A DNA stretch of 64,000 nucleotides from Takakia lepidozioides (lineage: Eukaryota > Plantae > Bryophyta). Positions within the stretch are counted from its first letter, which is position 1; each line of letters opens with the position of its first letter. The notes under the pieces are model-generated. The model was not told where the DNA came from. It ran no database searches and saw only the letters and a program-made list of their open reading frames with translations. Shown one piece after another: positions 13,701 to 26,093 of the stretch. The stretch covers positions 80,476,001-80,540,000 of the forward strand of contig CM060732.1 of assembly GCA_030704615.1 (NCBI GenBank), given 5' to 3'. A program made the translations under genes and the position numbers.

Positions 13701-15527
13701 CGAAACTTGAAAGTCTGTTGGATATCTGCTGTGCAGGTTTTGGTTAATGACCACACAGCAAGTGCTAGTGAGATTGTACGTTCTCCACCATTTGTCTTTC
13801 CCTGTATTGCATGAAGTAAGAATCATATTTTATATGTTTGTAGTCTAAGTGAAAGTTGATGTCACAGTCTGGTGGCTGTGAGAGAGTTTTGATAGTTTGA
13901 TATTCAGGTTGTCATCCACTGGGAGTCAATGGCTGCAAGGCTATACCATGCATGGAGGTGAAATGGATTCCTTGTGCATCCTGGTGTGGGTAGTTTGGTA
14001 TGGCCTGACTGAAATACTTTGACAGCAGGCAGCAGGTTACAGGCTGTAGCCCTGAAAATTGATTTGCTGTGAATCTATGAAATTCTACATATATAGAAGG
14101 ATATACTCCTGCAGAACCAGGCCCTTTGAAGGTTCCAATTTTGCAGACCTGCTTTTCACTTGATGTAGGTGTACAAGTTTATTTATAAATTTCACACAAT
14201 GGTACTGGTTTTTGGGCTGGCAGGTGGCAGCAGCACTGCATGATAATTGCAGGGCATTGCTTGTGGGTCGACGAACATTTGGAAAGGTACACTTGTTAGC
14301 TGTAACACAGAAGATTTGTGCAAAACAACTAAAAGTTCCAATTTGAGTTTAGGTATTGATTGCTGAAGTTAGAGGGTTCAAGAAGACACTAGAATGCAAT
14401 GGCCCATGAGAGTCAATAATGAAGACAATTCAGGGGAAGTGTTGCCAGTAAGCATTTCCGATATACTTGAAATATGATGTTATCACAACTTGGGAAGGAC
14501 GGTTCCTCAGCAAGCCGACTACTAGCTTTTGACGATCTTAGAATGTACTCTTAAGACTTGGTTTGCCGTAGCCTTGCCGTCACAGACCCTGCCAGTTTGG
14601 ATGGAAACACAGGGAATAGACACTACCGTTGTGAGGGGCTCACTCCAGTAGCGTGACTTTACTTGATATAAACAATTTGTTCGGGCTTTCCAGATATCCT
14701 CTAGAAAGCCCTTCATACAAGCATCAATCTGCTGTTTAACTATCTTAGAGTATGACTTTGAGGTCAATGGTTCCTATGGATCTATCTCATCTCTTCCAGA
14801 GTGATTATGGGCAGTTTAGTGCCCTGCCTGGACACACAGTGGGACATTCACATTGATGACTGATACGGAACCTGATAGATACAGTGCTTGCAATGGCTGC
14901 AGGGTTTGATCCAGTCTGTGTATGAGCTTAGTGATGGCTCTGGAGTAATACTCACGGTGGGGAAATATGTCACTCCTGGGCATCATGACATTGATGGCAA
15001 TGGAATTGAGCCAGATTTCAATCGGACCCCTGGTTGTTACCTTTACTCTTCCTTCCCCTCCTCCCCCATTTCCTTACTCTTGTTCTGACCATCTCCTCGC
15101 ACTCGTTCTGTAAGCCTACCCCTTTCCTCTGCATAGGGAGGGGTGTGGTCCTCTGCGGGTAGACTTAGGGAGAGGTATGGTGTGGAACGGCGGGTTTTAT
15201 CCCAAGAGACCATGCCACAAGGTGTTCAGGATTTTCACTGACCCCAACGTTGCTCGCCATTCAGAAAGTGTACAACTCAGTAAACTGCGCCTTGTCTTAA
15301 ACAAATAGCACTCCAACTAGATTATGTATGGTTGTGTGACTCAGTATCCTTGGGCGAAGAGGCTCACGCTAACCGGATCAGTATCGGTTCGGTAGTTTCC
15401 AGTATTAACGCATGGTGGTATGCTGCTTTGACCACCAGGTAGTCAGGAGGCAAAACAGAAGTTGGGCAGTTGCCACTTGGTGAAACAAACAAGCAACAGT
15501 CTATCATTGGCAAACCTCTCGCTATGA
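7721..15527 (+). CDS. CTPA1: C-terminal processing peptidase 1, chloroplastic (S41A family, PDZ domain, Ser/Lys dyad), about 13 exons
   Basis: Exons at about 7721-8317, 9189-9440, 10143-10262, 10734-10872, 11241-11346, 11762-11930, 12238-12314, 12597-12641, 13116-13199, 13737-13775, 14224-14286, 14903-15032 and 15439-15527. Peptides VEEAWQVVNENFLD, DPYTRFLSP, KYDVTGIG, GYIRLREFNALAKRDL, DNPGGLVQ, TASASEI (catalytic Ser), TFGKGLIQSVYELSDGSG (catalytic Lys) and GIEPDF. The N-terminus looks like a transit peptide. The start could be ATG 7694 instead. Confidence 0.92.
8831..8933 (+). mobile_element. ~100-bp internally deleted fragment of the same LINE family in CTPA1 intron 1
   Basis: AACTCAGAGCGGGGAGTCTA...CAGAGAGGAAAGGGAGA...TGCCCGATGTGTGGG matches the KLRAGSLPL..RGKGECNCPLCG segment of the 4.4-kb copy. 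It is joined directly to the family 3' terminus AACATCTTATGAGTACATTCT. Confidence 0.75.
14543..14734 (-). mobile_element. Short 5'-truncated LINE 3' end in a CTPA1 intron
   Basis: Aligns with 4426-4620 (GTTTGCCGTAGCCTTG...CCAGATATCCTCTAGAAA...CAAGCATCAATCTGCTG). Degenerate ~15-bp TSD: TTTGACGATCTTAGA / TTTAACTATCTTAGA. Confidence 0.85.
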
Positions 15528-16612
15528 TGCTTTAGGAGGTTTGAGTTTAGCTAAACAAAGTGACTATTGGTGTGTGGAAGGGCATCGTGTGAAGTCACTT
15601 GATATGTGCTTCTTGTCCGTGTGCTTCTTACCTCTGAAGATGAAATTACAGCTCTCATCAAATTAACCCTTATCAAGCCTAATCATTTCGTGGGATTATA
15701 TCTTGTCTGAGCTTACCTAAGGGTTATTAGGCTCTCTCCAAGCTGGAGTAAAACACTTTGATGTCTCTGATGATGTGCATTTTGGGGATTCTTATCATAT
15801 TGTGTCTGAGCCTTTTCCCTACCAATTAGGTCTGATAGAAGTCAATGCAGGAGTGCTGTGGTTGGAGCTGTTTTAAAACTCTTGGTTTCTACAAAGAGGA
15901 CTTCCAGAGAATTTCAGAAATTTGTTTAGTCATCATTGTCCGTCTTCAGTAGAAAATTGGAACAAGTATGCATTTGCATAGAACCAAATCCTGCTTTTCA
16001 TGGTGAAGGTAAATTGTCCAGTCCTATCAATTGAGAAGGATCTGCCAAGAACTTTCACGGTGAGGGAGATCTGAGAGATTTGTTTGTGATGAAGTCTATC
16101 ATTTGCATGCACTAGTTTCCATTTCTCTTCCCAGCTATGATTCTACTGATGAGAACTATTTGGAGAGAAATGACAACATGAGAACTTATTATACAAGAAA
16201 TATGGCAGGTGTCATAAATCTGCAGGGCCATTACAAACTTCCTACTAGCATATATAGAGACATGCAGACAGAGATTGATTTTTCAGACCAGCGAAGTACC
16301 TTTCTGGCACTCGTACCGAAGAATCTGGTGTTGTCCATACTCCTCCATAATAAGAAGTGTTGCCATATGATCGACAAGTCGAAGGATAAAGGTGAAGATA
16401 CATTTTGTTAAACCTAGATAAGATAAGATAAAGATAAAGTTACTTTAACGTCCAGTGAATTTACAGATCCTAGTGCCCAGCTGATTGAGGGGCCAATGGA
16501 CAGTAGTAGAAGGGACATTTTAAACCGGGGATTACCGTGGTTCTGTGCAGGCAGAAAAAGTCTGATACACCTTACTGCAATAATCTGGTTCTTAGATCCA
16601 ACTATCAGGACG

Positions 16613-19600
16613 TCATGGAGTGGAGACAAAGTCTTCACTAAATTTCCAAAGCTTAGCTGCCAACTCCATGTCTTTAGCTTCTTGGCTAACCAAATTGTCG
16701 TGTTGGTTGCAGTCAAGGAAATATTTTCCTGTAATCCCCTTCATGCCAGGATTTGTTGCCACATAGCATGAGGTTGCTGCACCCTGTAGGCCCACAAATT
16801 TGTTGCACAATCAGTCAGTACTGTGAAGATACAAGTGAGAGAGAAGTGTCCTACGGAGAAGTTCAGATAAAGCCTGCAGGACACTTGACAGGGTCACTGC
16901 AGAACATAACAGCAGAAGGAAAAAGGAAATAGGTAGAATGTACTCGTGAGTCTTTGTTTGCCGTAGCCTTGAGGTCATAGTCCCCGCAACCAGTTTACAT
17001 CGAATAGGTACTACCTTTGTGAGGGCTTCCTGCTCTTCATTTGATTGTTTAGAAATATAGGTGGAACAACCGCTTGATATAAACAATTAGTTCGGGCTTT
17101 CCAGATATCCTCTAGAAAGCCCTTGATACAAGCGTCAATCTGCTGTGTGTGAGGAGCCCAAAACTCCAACAGGTTTTAGGCTCAGCCTTGAGATTTTGAA
17201 AGTTGGTGAACAGAGGTGCAGGAACCATGTTCATGATGTTCCAGAAGAGGGTCACTCTCTGTTGAGAATACCCTAGTCGATGGATCGCAAAATGGATATT
17301 GTCTTCCGGCTCCCCACACCTTGGGTAATGACAATTTCCTTTTCCTCTCAGCATCTGTATATTGTCAAAGGTAAGCCCCCTGCCCTGAGTTTAAATTTCA
17401 GTCTAGTGCCGAGGGTAGGTAGGTCCTGTGGATCATCCCTACGGTCCTTGCCCATGTCACAGACTGGAAACAAGTTCAGGGAAGCTTTATGCCTAACTTC
17501 ACTTTCATTGAACAGTCCTTGGGCATCAGACATGGCTTTGGACACAACCCCGTCCAGGTCAACTTCATCCAGTAGGGTTAATTCTTCTGGACAAATATTC
17601 AGATACTTAAAAGTCTCTTCTACCCATTTCCCCCAAGACTTAGCCTGTTTAACAGGACGGTCATGCTTTCAAGAAATATCTTCGGTATCTGGGCCTAGAC
17701 ATGCGTTTCAACTGAGGTCAGCTACCTCCAGAAGGGTTAATTCTTCTGGACAAATATTCAGATACTTAAAAGCCTCTTCTACCCATTTTCCCCAAGACTT
17801 TAGCCTGTTTAACAGGACGGTCTTGCTTTCAAGAAATCTTACGGTATCTGGTACTAGACATGCAATTCAACTGACCCCACCATCTGATCTTGAAATCATC
17901 TTGTCAAGAGCTTAAGGGAGGTATGCCACACCGAAACAGCCACATTAACTGTTCTAGAACAGGCCGACATGCTTTCTTTTAAGCACCACAACCTGAATGG
18001 ATTATAGAGACTTCGTAAGGTTGGAATTGTCGACCCACACAGCAGATGCGTACTCCAAGGCAGGCCTAATTGCAAAGCATTGTCCTTTTAATTTCAGTAT
18101 TAATCCTCTGCAGCGGAAAAGTTTAGTGAGACCCAAAGCTTTGCATTTAGCTGATCGAATCACTTTTTGTATCAGCGCATCCCAGTTACAGCTGGAGGAA
18201 AACTCAACACCAAGATAGGTGTAGGAAGGGAGTCCCATTTCCATTTCAGATCCCCTCCTCCTTCCCCACGGTCAGTGAATGCCACCATTTACTAAGATTA
18301 CCTTCTAACCTCCACAGGTCAAAAAACCTCTTCGCACCATCAATCAACTCCTGCAGATTGGATGGGTTATCCCCTAGGCCTGCGAAAACACAAGAGCTGG
18401 CATGGTGGCATCCCCCACCTCGAACCCAAACCCCTCACTTTCGACACCTTTAAGAAGCCGAATAATGAAAACATTGTCAATAGACAGAAGTCTACTTCTT
18501 TGATACTGCTCAAGGTGTAGCACGAGGTTGTCCCCTCTCCCCACTGCCAGCAGTAAATTGGTGGATAAATGAGATCAACCTCAAGATTGCTAAGAGACGC
18601 ACACTTAATATGGAGTGCTGTAACATAAAAAATGACAAGGAGCGTGGTCTAGATATTACCAAATGCACAAAGAAGTTAACCAGCTTGTAAGGGCTCAGAA
18701 GAAAGTATAATGGAAGAGTTGTACCGAGACGTTCACTTGAACCACCATGGTGGTAATGATAACAGATTCTGGTTGGCCTTACAGCATTTGTACAGGCCTA
18801 AAAATGGCTAGCAAGTACAGGCTTTAAGGAATAATAAGGGTGCAGTGGTGATTTCAATGGTTGACATCGTCAAAACCTTGGAAACAAAGTACAGCTTTCT
18901 CAGCTGTGAATCTGACTCTAATAGTCTCTAAAGAATGGAAGGACACAGTAGAAAAAACTGTTCCTATATTCCAAGACACAGGCCCTCATGAACTGGAGTA
19001 TATCTCAAAGGGATACAACACACCCATTGGTTCTTCTGAGATCGTGGAAGCTGTAAAGCATCTAAGCGGCTATAAAGCAGGTGGACCTGGTGGCCTTGTC
19101 GACCAGCTAATCAAGTATGGTGGTGACCCTATGGTTGAGGCCCTTGCCGTTCTCTTTAACCTTATTTGGCAAACTGAAGTGATTCCCTTTTGTTGGAGGC
19201 CGGGACTGTCAATCTGTACAAGAAAGGCAACAGAGAAGAGCCCGGGACTATAGCGACATCACACTTCTTATCACAGTTGGCAAGCTGTTTTGTAGGATAA
19301 TAAGCACCTGTCTTGAGTTTGATCTGGAGTCTAGAGGTGACTTTCATGAAGGCCAGGCATCTGGCGTTTGGAGACATAGGGGCTGCTGCACTGACCATAT
19401 CTTCACTCTAAGCCAGATTATCCAGGGAAGGCACAAAGAAAGCCCAATTTTCTCTTCTTCATGGATGTCAGAGAAGCTTATGACACAGTATGGCGTGGCG
19501 GGCTCCAGCTTTGGTCTTCTGGGGTCAGGGGAAAGATGTGGAGGATGGTTCACAACCTGTATGTATGTGAACACCAAAAGCTGTGTTACGGACCCTTGTC

Positions 19601-22600
19601 CACCCGGGCATTACAAGACCACATGGCCTTTGGCAAGGAACTTTGCACAGTCCAGCTTGACATCTTCAAAGGCTTTATCTGCATCAACACTAAGGGTTGC
19701 CTCGGTAGGCATGTAGACGCATCCCACAAAGAGGTCCTTAGCCCGCACGCTGCCCTACAATTTCAGTCTCAGCCAGATACTATGTGCATCTCGAATTTCC
19801 TTCCTGATAATTTCACAATTATCACACTAGAAATCACGGATAAAGAATCCCACACCTTTCTGACCGGGCTTTGCAGAAGCTGCCTTGAGGGCACACATCT
19901 TACAACCCATTTATAGGCATTGACATCCCCAACTAGCTTGTCTGAAGTTTCCCAGGTCTCCTGTCCAGCGCAAATGTGAATGCTATTTGCTTCAAGAACT
20001 TGTCCCACTTCAAATTGTTTCCTTTGGTTAGTCATTCCTCAGAAGTTTAAGGTGCCCAGCTGCAGACCAGCTCTAAGCATGTGAATTGTTTGATGTCTAG
20101 ATGGCTTCTGAATACTCCTAGACATCCCGGGGTCCATTTCATTGCGTGTAGGCTTTGATGGTCTTGAGCAGACTTTGAGGATAGGCATGCCATATCCTCC
20201 AGTCACGTGTATGCCTGACTCTTCTGGGTCAACTCTTCCAGAGCTTCAAACAGATGGGAACTGTCAGTTTTGAAGTCCCCATCCTTGACTGTCTTCACTG
20301 AGTGCCTCATTGAATCACCAATGTCTAAGATCTCTCTCCAACCAGTCAAGGGTCGAACTTATCTGAGATAGGTAGAGTGAGGACAGCAGACTGGAGAACA
20401 GAAAGAGCTTCAGCAGTGACACTGTATTCCCGCATAGAAGATTTCTGGAGTCCCACATGGTAGCATCAATTTAAGGCTATCAAACTCGAGGAGGTGAACA
20501 GCCTTTTGGCATTCTCGAGCGTCCCAACTGGGCGAAATTCACTATGCCGCTCATCATGTACACCAGGTTTCTCTTTTCCCCAACCAGATTACCTTACCAG
20601 TTGCAGAGAGGCGGGCACCCTACTTTTAGTTGGAACTACACAGCCTTGTCCCACAGTGTGGTCAGATGCAAATTTGCATTAGGTAGTGAAGTCCCACTTG
20701 TCCATCATCACAGGCTCTGAAAATATGTCCGTCTTCTTCTCATTCACTAACCAACGGGTCAGCAACATGATTAATCTTGGCCTCATTTTCCTCCTCCACA
20801 TACTTCTCTTTTGTCTGAACCCCTTCTGAACCGTAGTAGAAGAAAGAATAATGAACTTGGAAGAAAGAAAGAAGGGAAATATGTCCATGGGGAGCTCAAC
20901 GGGAGGTGCAGTATTCATAGACTGATGACTCACGACGGAAAGACCCTCGAAGGAAACGCCAATGAAAGGATCAACCAGTTTAACAAGACACAGCACATCA
21001 CTTAGGCTACTAGTCACTGAATAAATGAAACCAAGATGGAGTGTAGTGAAGATTACCTGGGGAACTGTCTTTAGGAAAAAGCTGCCAATCGAAAACAACG
21101 TACCTGCCACAATCACCATCACATCATTTTAGTCTTCATCTCAGCATATCAAGCTACTCTGTATTGAACAAAGGACACTACGGTGTTGCCAAGAGAGGAA
21201 AGGAAAGGAGATTTTCTTTTAGTCCCGAGTTAATCTTGAAACACTCCCTAAGCCCCTAAGACGGAGTCAGCTACACTTTTTTGTCTGTGTCTCTCTCAGT
21301 CTTCACTGAAGCACTTACAAAAGCCCCTACAACATCATGTCACACAAGTGTCCAGAGGGGCCAGAAGTTTACTCAGAACTTAAGCCTTACGATTAAAAAT
21401 TACGCTTTGATCCTTGCCGAAGTTGGTGAATATAACTCCGGGATGAACAGCATTAACTGTCACATTTGCTCCATCTTCCTGAGTGCATCACACCAAAGGT
21501 TGAATTTTAGTTCATGGGAAGAAATCTAAAGTAGACCTATTTCACTCACATGCATGACTTGACGTACCTAGCATCCAACTAAATCTGTGAATAGTCAAGA
21601 GGTAAGTGCTCGGTAGGAAAATGTGTATAAACATAGGTACTGTGCAGCAATGTATATAACCACTTTAGAGTGCATAGAATAAGTACCTTGAGACGTCGAG
21701 CAAGCTCTTTGCAGAAGAGAATGTTGGCCAGCTTGGATTGCCCATATGCACTGAATTTCTCATAACTGCACCTCACGGACACAGGAAATAACAATTTCAT
21801 GTTCTGTGGCAAGTGCTGGATTACAAACCTTGAATCTATTTTGAAATTCATGAAAGTGGGACGAGGTGTTCTCTTACCCATTTTTACTGTTCAGCTTCTC
21901 AAAGCGGATCCCACCCTTGTAAGACATTGCATGGGCTGTTGATGATAGTATGACAACACGACCCTCCTCTCCGGTCTGCTTTGCCGCTTCTTTCATGTTA
22001 TCGAGTAGCAGATTGGTGAGAAGAAACGGGCCTGCACTGTCCATGATGTCAAGAATAGGAAGTGTAAGACTAGACAAATCTGTCGAACATCTGTCGATTG
22101 TGATATTTCCACTCTTCCATACTCTGTATGTAAAGACTTTGGTGAAGCTCGATGAGGCTAGACGTCTTGGGGAAGCTGGGCAGGAAGCGCTTCCAAGTAG
22201 TAGACCCGGAAGAGCTAATTTCTGAAATCCAAGCCCTTCAAACATTTTGAGAATCCCACCTACGAATTTGGCTCAACATTTGAGTGGCTGTATAAATCAT
22301 CGGGCTCCCTTTCAAGAAGACTGGCTTCATTAGCTAGATACATTGTCTGGCCTCTTAAACTGCAATCCATTTGAAATTTAATGGTACCCACTATCGCTAC
22401 CTGCTGGCAACAGGAGTGCAAGACCAATTGAAAGTAAGAATTGTACTGTAACGCCAAACAATACCAAGTTTTGGAAGTAAGCAACCCTCTCCGCCACTAT
22501 CACTTATGCCCTGGAGAACAACTGTAAATAGCAGTTTGCTAAGTTGGACGATTGGAGAGAGAGACATGCAATGACTCACCCATGTGGTTGGTAGCAAAGG

Positions 22601-24006
22601 ATTTCTCAAGGCCATCCTCAGACAACTCAAATTTACCCACAATTGCTCCTGCATTGTTGCTGTGATTTCCACAAAAACGAACATTCAAAGAACTTAACAG
22701 CATGCCAGTTGTTTGAGTCCCGTTCAAATTTTCAGAAAGATATTCAGCGAGGTTGAAACCGAGACCATCACAGATAAATAAGGGCAAGGTTCTAGAGGGC
22801 AGTCACCTGTATCAAAAATCGAATTTTGACCAAAGGTCACCAGACTTCTGGCAGATTTCTTCTTCTTTTCAATCCTAGCACTTCCAGGGCTCCATTAGCA
22901 TCTGGAGTTCTAATATGACCGACGTTCTAAGGACCTGACATGAGAAAATCGTGTTGCCCCAAGTAGATACTACCCAGCTTACATCCTTCAACTCAAGCAA
23001 GGTCCAGCGAATGTATCAGACATCTAGAACAGATTGAGACACAAGAGTGTGCAAGATGATGAGCTCCCACATTTCTGATGTAAACCTCTTGGGTGGAATG
23101 GGACTTAGAGTACAACCCGATTCGTGCTGTGAAAGCTAACACAAAAACAGATATGGTAAACAACTACTTCGAAAGATGAACAGACTTACATAAGAATATT
23201 AAGAGGGAGGTTGCGGGACTTGAATTCAGCTACAAATGTCCGGACAGATGCTAGTGAGTTCAAATCCAGATGCATAACATCCACTCGCGCAGCTGGGTCT
23301 TCCTCCAATAGTTCTGCCTTGACTTCCTCACCAGCCTTCGTGTTTCGGACGGGAATTATTACATGGGACCCTCTCTTTGCCAATACCCTTGCGGTCTCCT
23401 TCCCTAAACCAGAGGTCGCTCCTGCATTCCATATCCCTTTTATTTGGCGACATTCTTCGGAGGGGGTTTATGGCCAGCGCAAATGACTTGAACCTGACTA
23501 CTGCTGACTAAGGAGAACACCACCCACCGGTGTTATTTTCAGTTTGAACTGTCCAGAAAAAGTACAGCACTAGAGTCATTATTCCAACTACCAAGTCGGG
23601 TCCCGGATTTCCTTTCATCGTTTCGTTCTTTGACTTCATGTGCATGTATCTTACTTATACCTCCAAAATTGCTTGCCCCGAGATATACTAGAGTGAGCCC
23701 AGTCTGCGTGAATTATACGAGTGAAAGTCTCATAGTACAAGACTGAAAACCTGAGGAGGGAAATAAACTGTCCTGTAAGAACGAACGAAACAAACGTTGA
23801 AGCATAAGGCGGGAGAGAGGGGCACCAGTAACAATCACGGTTTTGGAGCGCAGGTCCAAATTCGCAGTCACATCTTCGGCAGTGGACTTCGATCCAAAAC
23901 CACTTGGGCCAGGAAGTCCTCGTATGTGAGTCAGGATTGTTCTGATGGCAAAGCCATCAAGCGTTTCACAAATACCTTTAAAGTGAGAACTCACTGCTCC
24001 TCCCAT
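16613..24006 (-). CDS. Short-chain dehydrogenase/reductase, TIC32 / retinol-dehydrogenase-like, about 8 exons
   Basis: Exons at about 24006-23826, 23421-23190, 22661-22580, 22031-21878, 21767-21688, 21479-21405, 21110-21058 and 16783-16613. Motifs GPSGFGSKSTAEDVT, TGATSGLG (TGxxxGxG), NNAG, FATNHMG, YGQSK (YxxxK), NAVHPG, GAATSCYVA..GKYFLDCN. Start codon uncertain. Confidence 0.9.
16938..20364 (-). mobile_element. Near-full-length degenerate LINE (APE endonuclease + RT + C-terminal Zn finger) with an internal inversion, in the last SDR intron
   Basis: Minus 19630-20100: APE N-terminus (GTLNF..HICAGQETW). Plus 18490-19625: RT N-terminal half (KAGGPGG, TDHIFTL, DVREAYDTVWR). Minus 16938-18480: RT C-terminal half (YTYLGV, ALEYASAVW) and the family 3' end. 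Probable TSD G(A/G)AATAGGTAGA-like at ~16926-16937 and ~20365-20376. Confidence 0.85.
17567..17875. repeat. ~159-bp tandem duplication inside the LINE
   Basis: AGGGTTAATTCTTCTGGACAAATATTCAGATACTTAAAAG...TAGCCTGTTTAACAGGACGGTC...CTAGACATGC occurs twice in tandem. Confidence 0.9.
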
Positions 24007-25274
24007 TCTACTAATCAACCACAAAGCTCTCTCTAATTTCCAGAGCGTGATCCCTCTTCTCTACGAGGCTTCTTCCGCATCTCAGACACCTCGTCGCCCA
24101 AAAATTAACAACGCTTGGTCAGTAAGCGGTTCAAGAGGACTCCCCCTCCTCTTCAACTAGTCTGTCATCAGGACTGCACTATACATCCATATTTTGCTAC
24201 TTAACATCCACATATGTGGAGCCCTCGCAATGAAATATACTTAGAGCTCATCCTTGTAAGCAAAGGCATTTCGCCACCTTACCCAAAGAGCTCTTCATGA
24301 CGACTACGGACAATTCTTCTCCCTGTCCTTACCCGCCAACTTTTTTCACACGCGCCAGGCTGCCCACCTTGGCACCGGCGACCCGGGCAGCCCTATGAGG
24401 TTCCTCGTTCCAAATATACATGCCATCACCAAGAACTGCGCGTCGGTGGGTTATTATTAGGGCAGGGTCCACGGACCCGGCGCAAAATCACGCGCCTTGG
24501 CGAGAGGGAGGGCGGACGATCCAGTTTTAGGGTTGGGTCAGAGTTGCTATGTTGTTCCTCTTGCAGGGTGGCAGCCTTGTGGAACGTTAGGTACCTAGTT
24601 CATTTTAGGAGGGGCTATTTGAAAGGTCTCCAATCTCCACGGAACACCTCCTCGTGTTTTGGACGGCGATTCTATCTATGCGGCTTCCATCCACTTTGGC
24701 AGCGGCAATTGGGACTAAGTGATGGAACTTGGCTTGGTGCAAATTTTCAAACTTTTTGAAGAATCACGCAATAGTCGTGTTGGGTGCGGGTACCTCATAA
24801 TGCTCAAACTTTTCTAGACTTGATCCATTGTCAGACCCACAGGTGCAGCGTTTTTTTTAAGGTATTTACATTGTAGCACAAGTGGCATCCATGAGAACCT
24901 TAGAGGAGCACATATGGCACTTGTACAAAATATATAGTCGAAATATATATAAGTAGTCGAAATGGCTGGCGATAATATGAGATTTTGAATGGGTGTTGGG
25001 CGAATGAACCTAAAACCTAGTAGACTTGCTGAGGCGAATAACCCAAAATTGACATAGCAAATTGGAGGCTCTCAACATGGAGACTAGGCAGAAATTATGG
25101 CAAACACCACCAAAAAATTTAAAATTTAAACCACCATTCATAAGTAGAAAACCTTAAATTGGCTTATATTGCATTTCAATCTACACTAAGTGGCATATTT
25201 GAACCCTGGCCCAAAAAGACCCTGCCTAATGCTACGTGGCACATAGAGAAGAAATATCAATGTAGGCCACCCTA

Positions 25275-25720
25275 CCAACCCCTGCTGAGCATATCCTGCA
25301 ATCATAGCACTCCATGAGACCACATCTTGTTCAACCATATTGTCAAACACTAGCCAAACATTCTTTATCTCCCCACATTTGGCATACATGTCAACAAGGG
25401 TATTTTCCAAAGTGACTGTTGGCTCAATTCCAGCTTTGATAATGTCAGCATGGATTTCTGTGCCCTTTTCCAGGGCTGCTAGGCTGGCATAGGCGTTGAA
25501 AACAGAAACATGGTTGGATGTCACCCCTTCCCATATCATTCGCTCATATGTCTCCAAAGCCTCCCTACCACATCCATGCTGGGCATATCCTGAAATCATT
25601 GCACTCCATGAGACCACATCTCGTTCGCCATATTTTCAAACACTTGACATGCATCTGTTAAGTTCCCGCACTTGGCATACATGTCAACAAGGGTATTCTG
25701 CATAATGATACCATATTTGA
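25275..25720 (-). pseudogene. PLS-class PPR gene fragment
   Basis: P motif VVSWSAMISGYAQHGCGREAL, L motif ..ALEKGTEIHADIIKAG, S motif LENTLVDMYAKCG. Truncated at both ends. Confidence 0.88.
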
Positions 25721-25811
25721 TGATGGCAGTAACTTGGTTTTTAGTCCTATATTGCAGCTGACCCAACCATCTGACCTTGAATTCCTCTCGTCTGGAGGCA
25801 GAGAGAGAGAG

Positions 25812-26093
25812 AGTATTCCTAAGACGTTGTTTGTCGTAGCCGTGTGGCCATTGACTCTGCGCCTAGTTTGAGCGGAACACAAAGGGACAGAATCTACCTT
25901 TGTTAGGGACCGACTCCCGTAGTTAGACTTACCTTGGAATAAACAATTGATCCGGGTTTTCCAGATATCCTCTAGAAATCCCTTTACACAAGCATCAACC
26001 TGTTATGTGTGGTTTGCCCAATAACTAGGCCCCAAAAGGGCCTGGGCGTTTGGCTCAGCCTCGAGACTTTCAAAGTTGGTAAACAGAGGTACA
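25812..26093 (-). mobile_element. 5'-truncated LINE 3' end with an adjoining (GA)n tract, lying between two oppositely oriented PPR fragments
   Basis: Aligns closely with 4430-4710. Preceded by GAGAGAGAGAGA. No TSD is visible, and the truncated end abuts a PPR motif. Confidence 0.88.

Noticed and set aside
17280-17915. 211-aa plus-strand ORF with an internal repeat
   Set aside because: It is the antisense of the LINE, and the repeat is the 159-bp tandem duplication.
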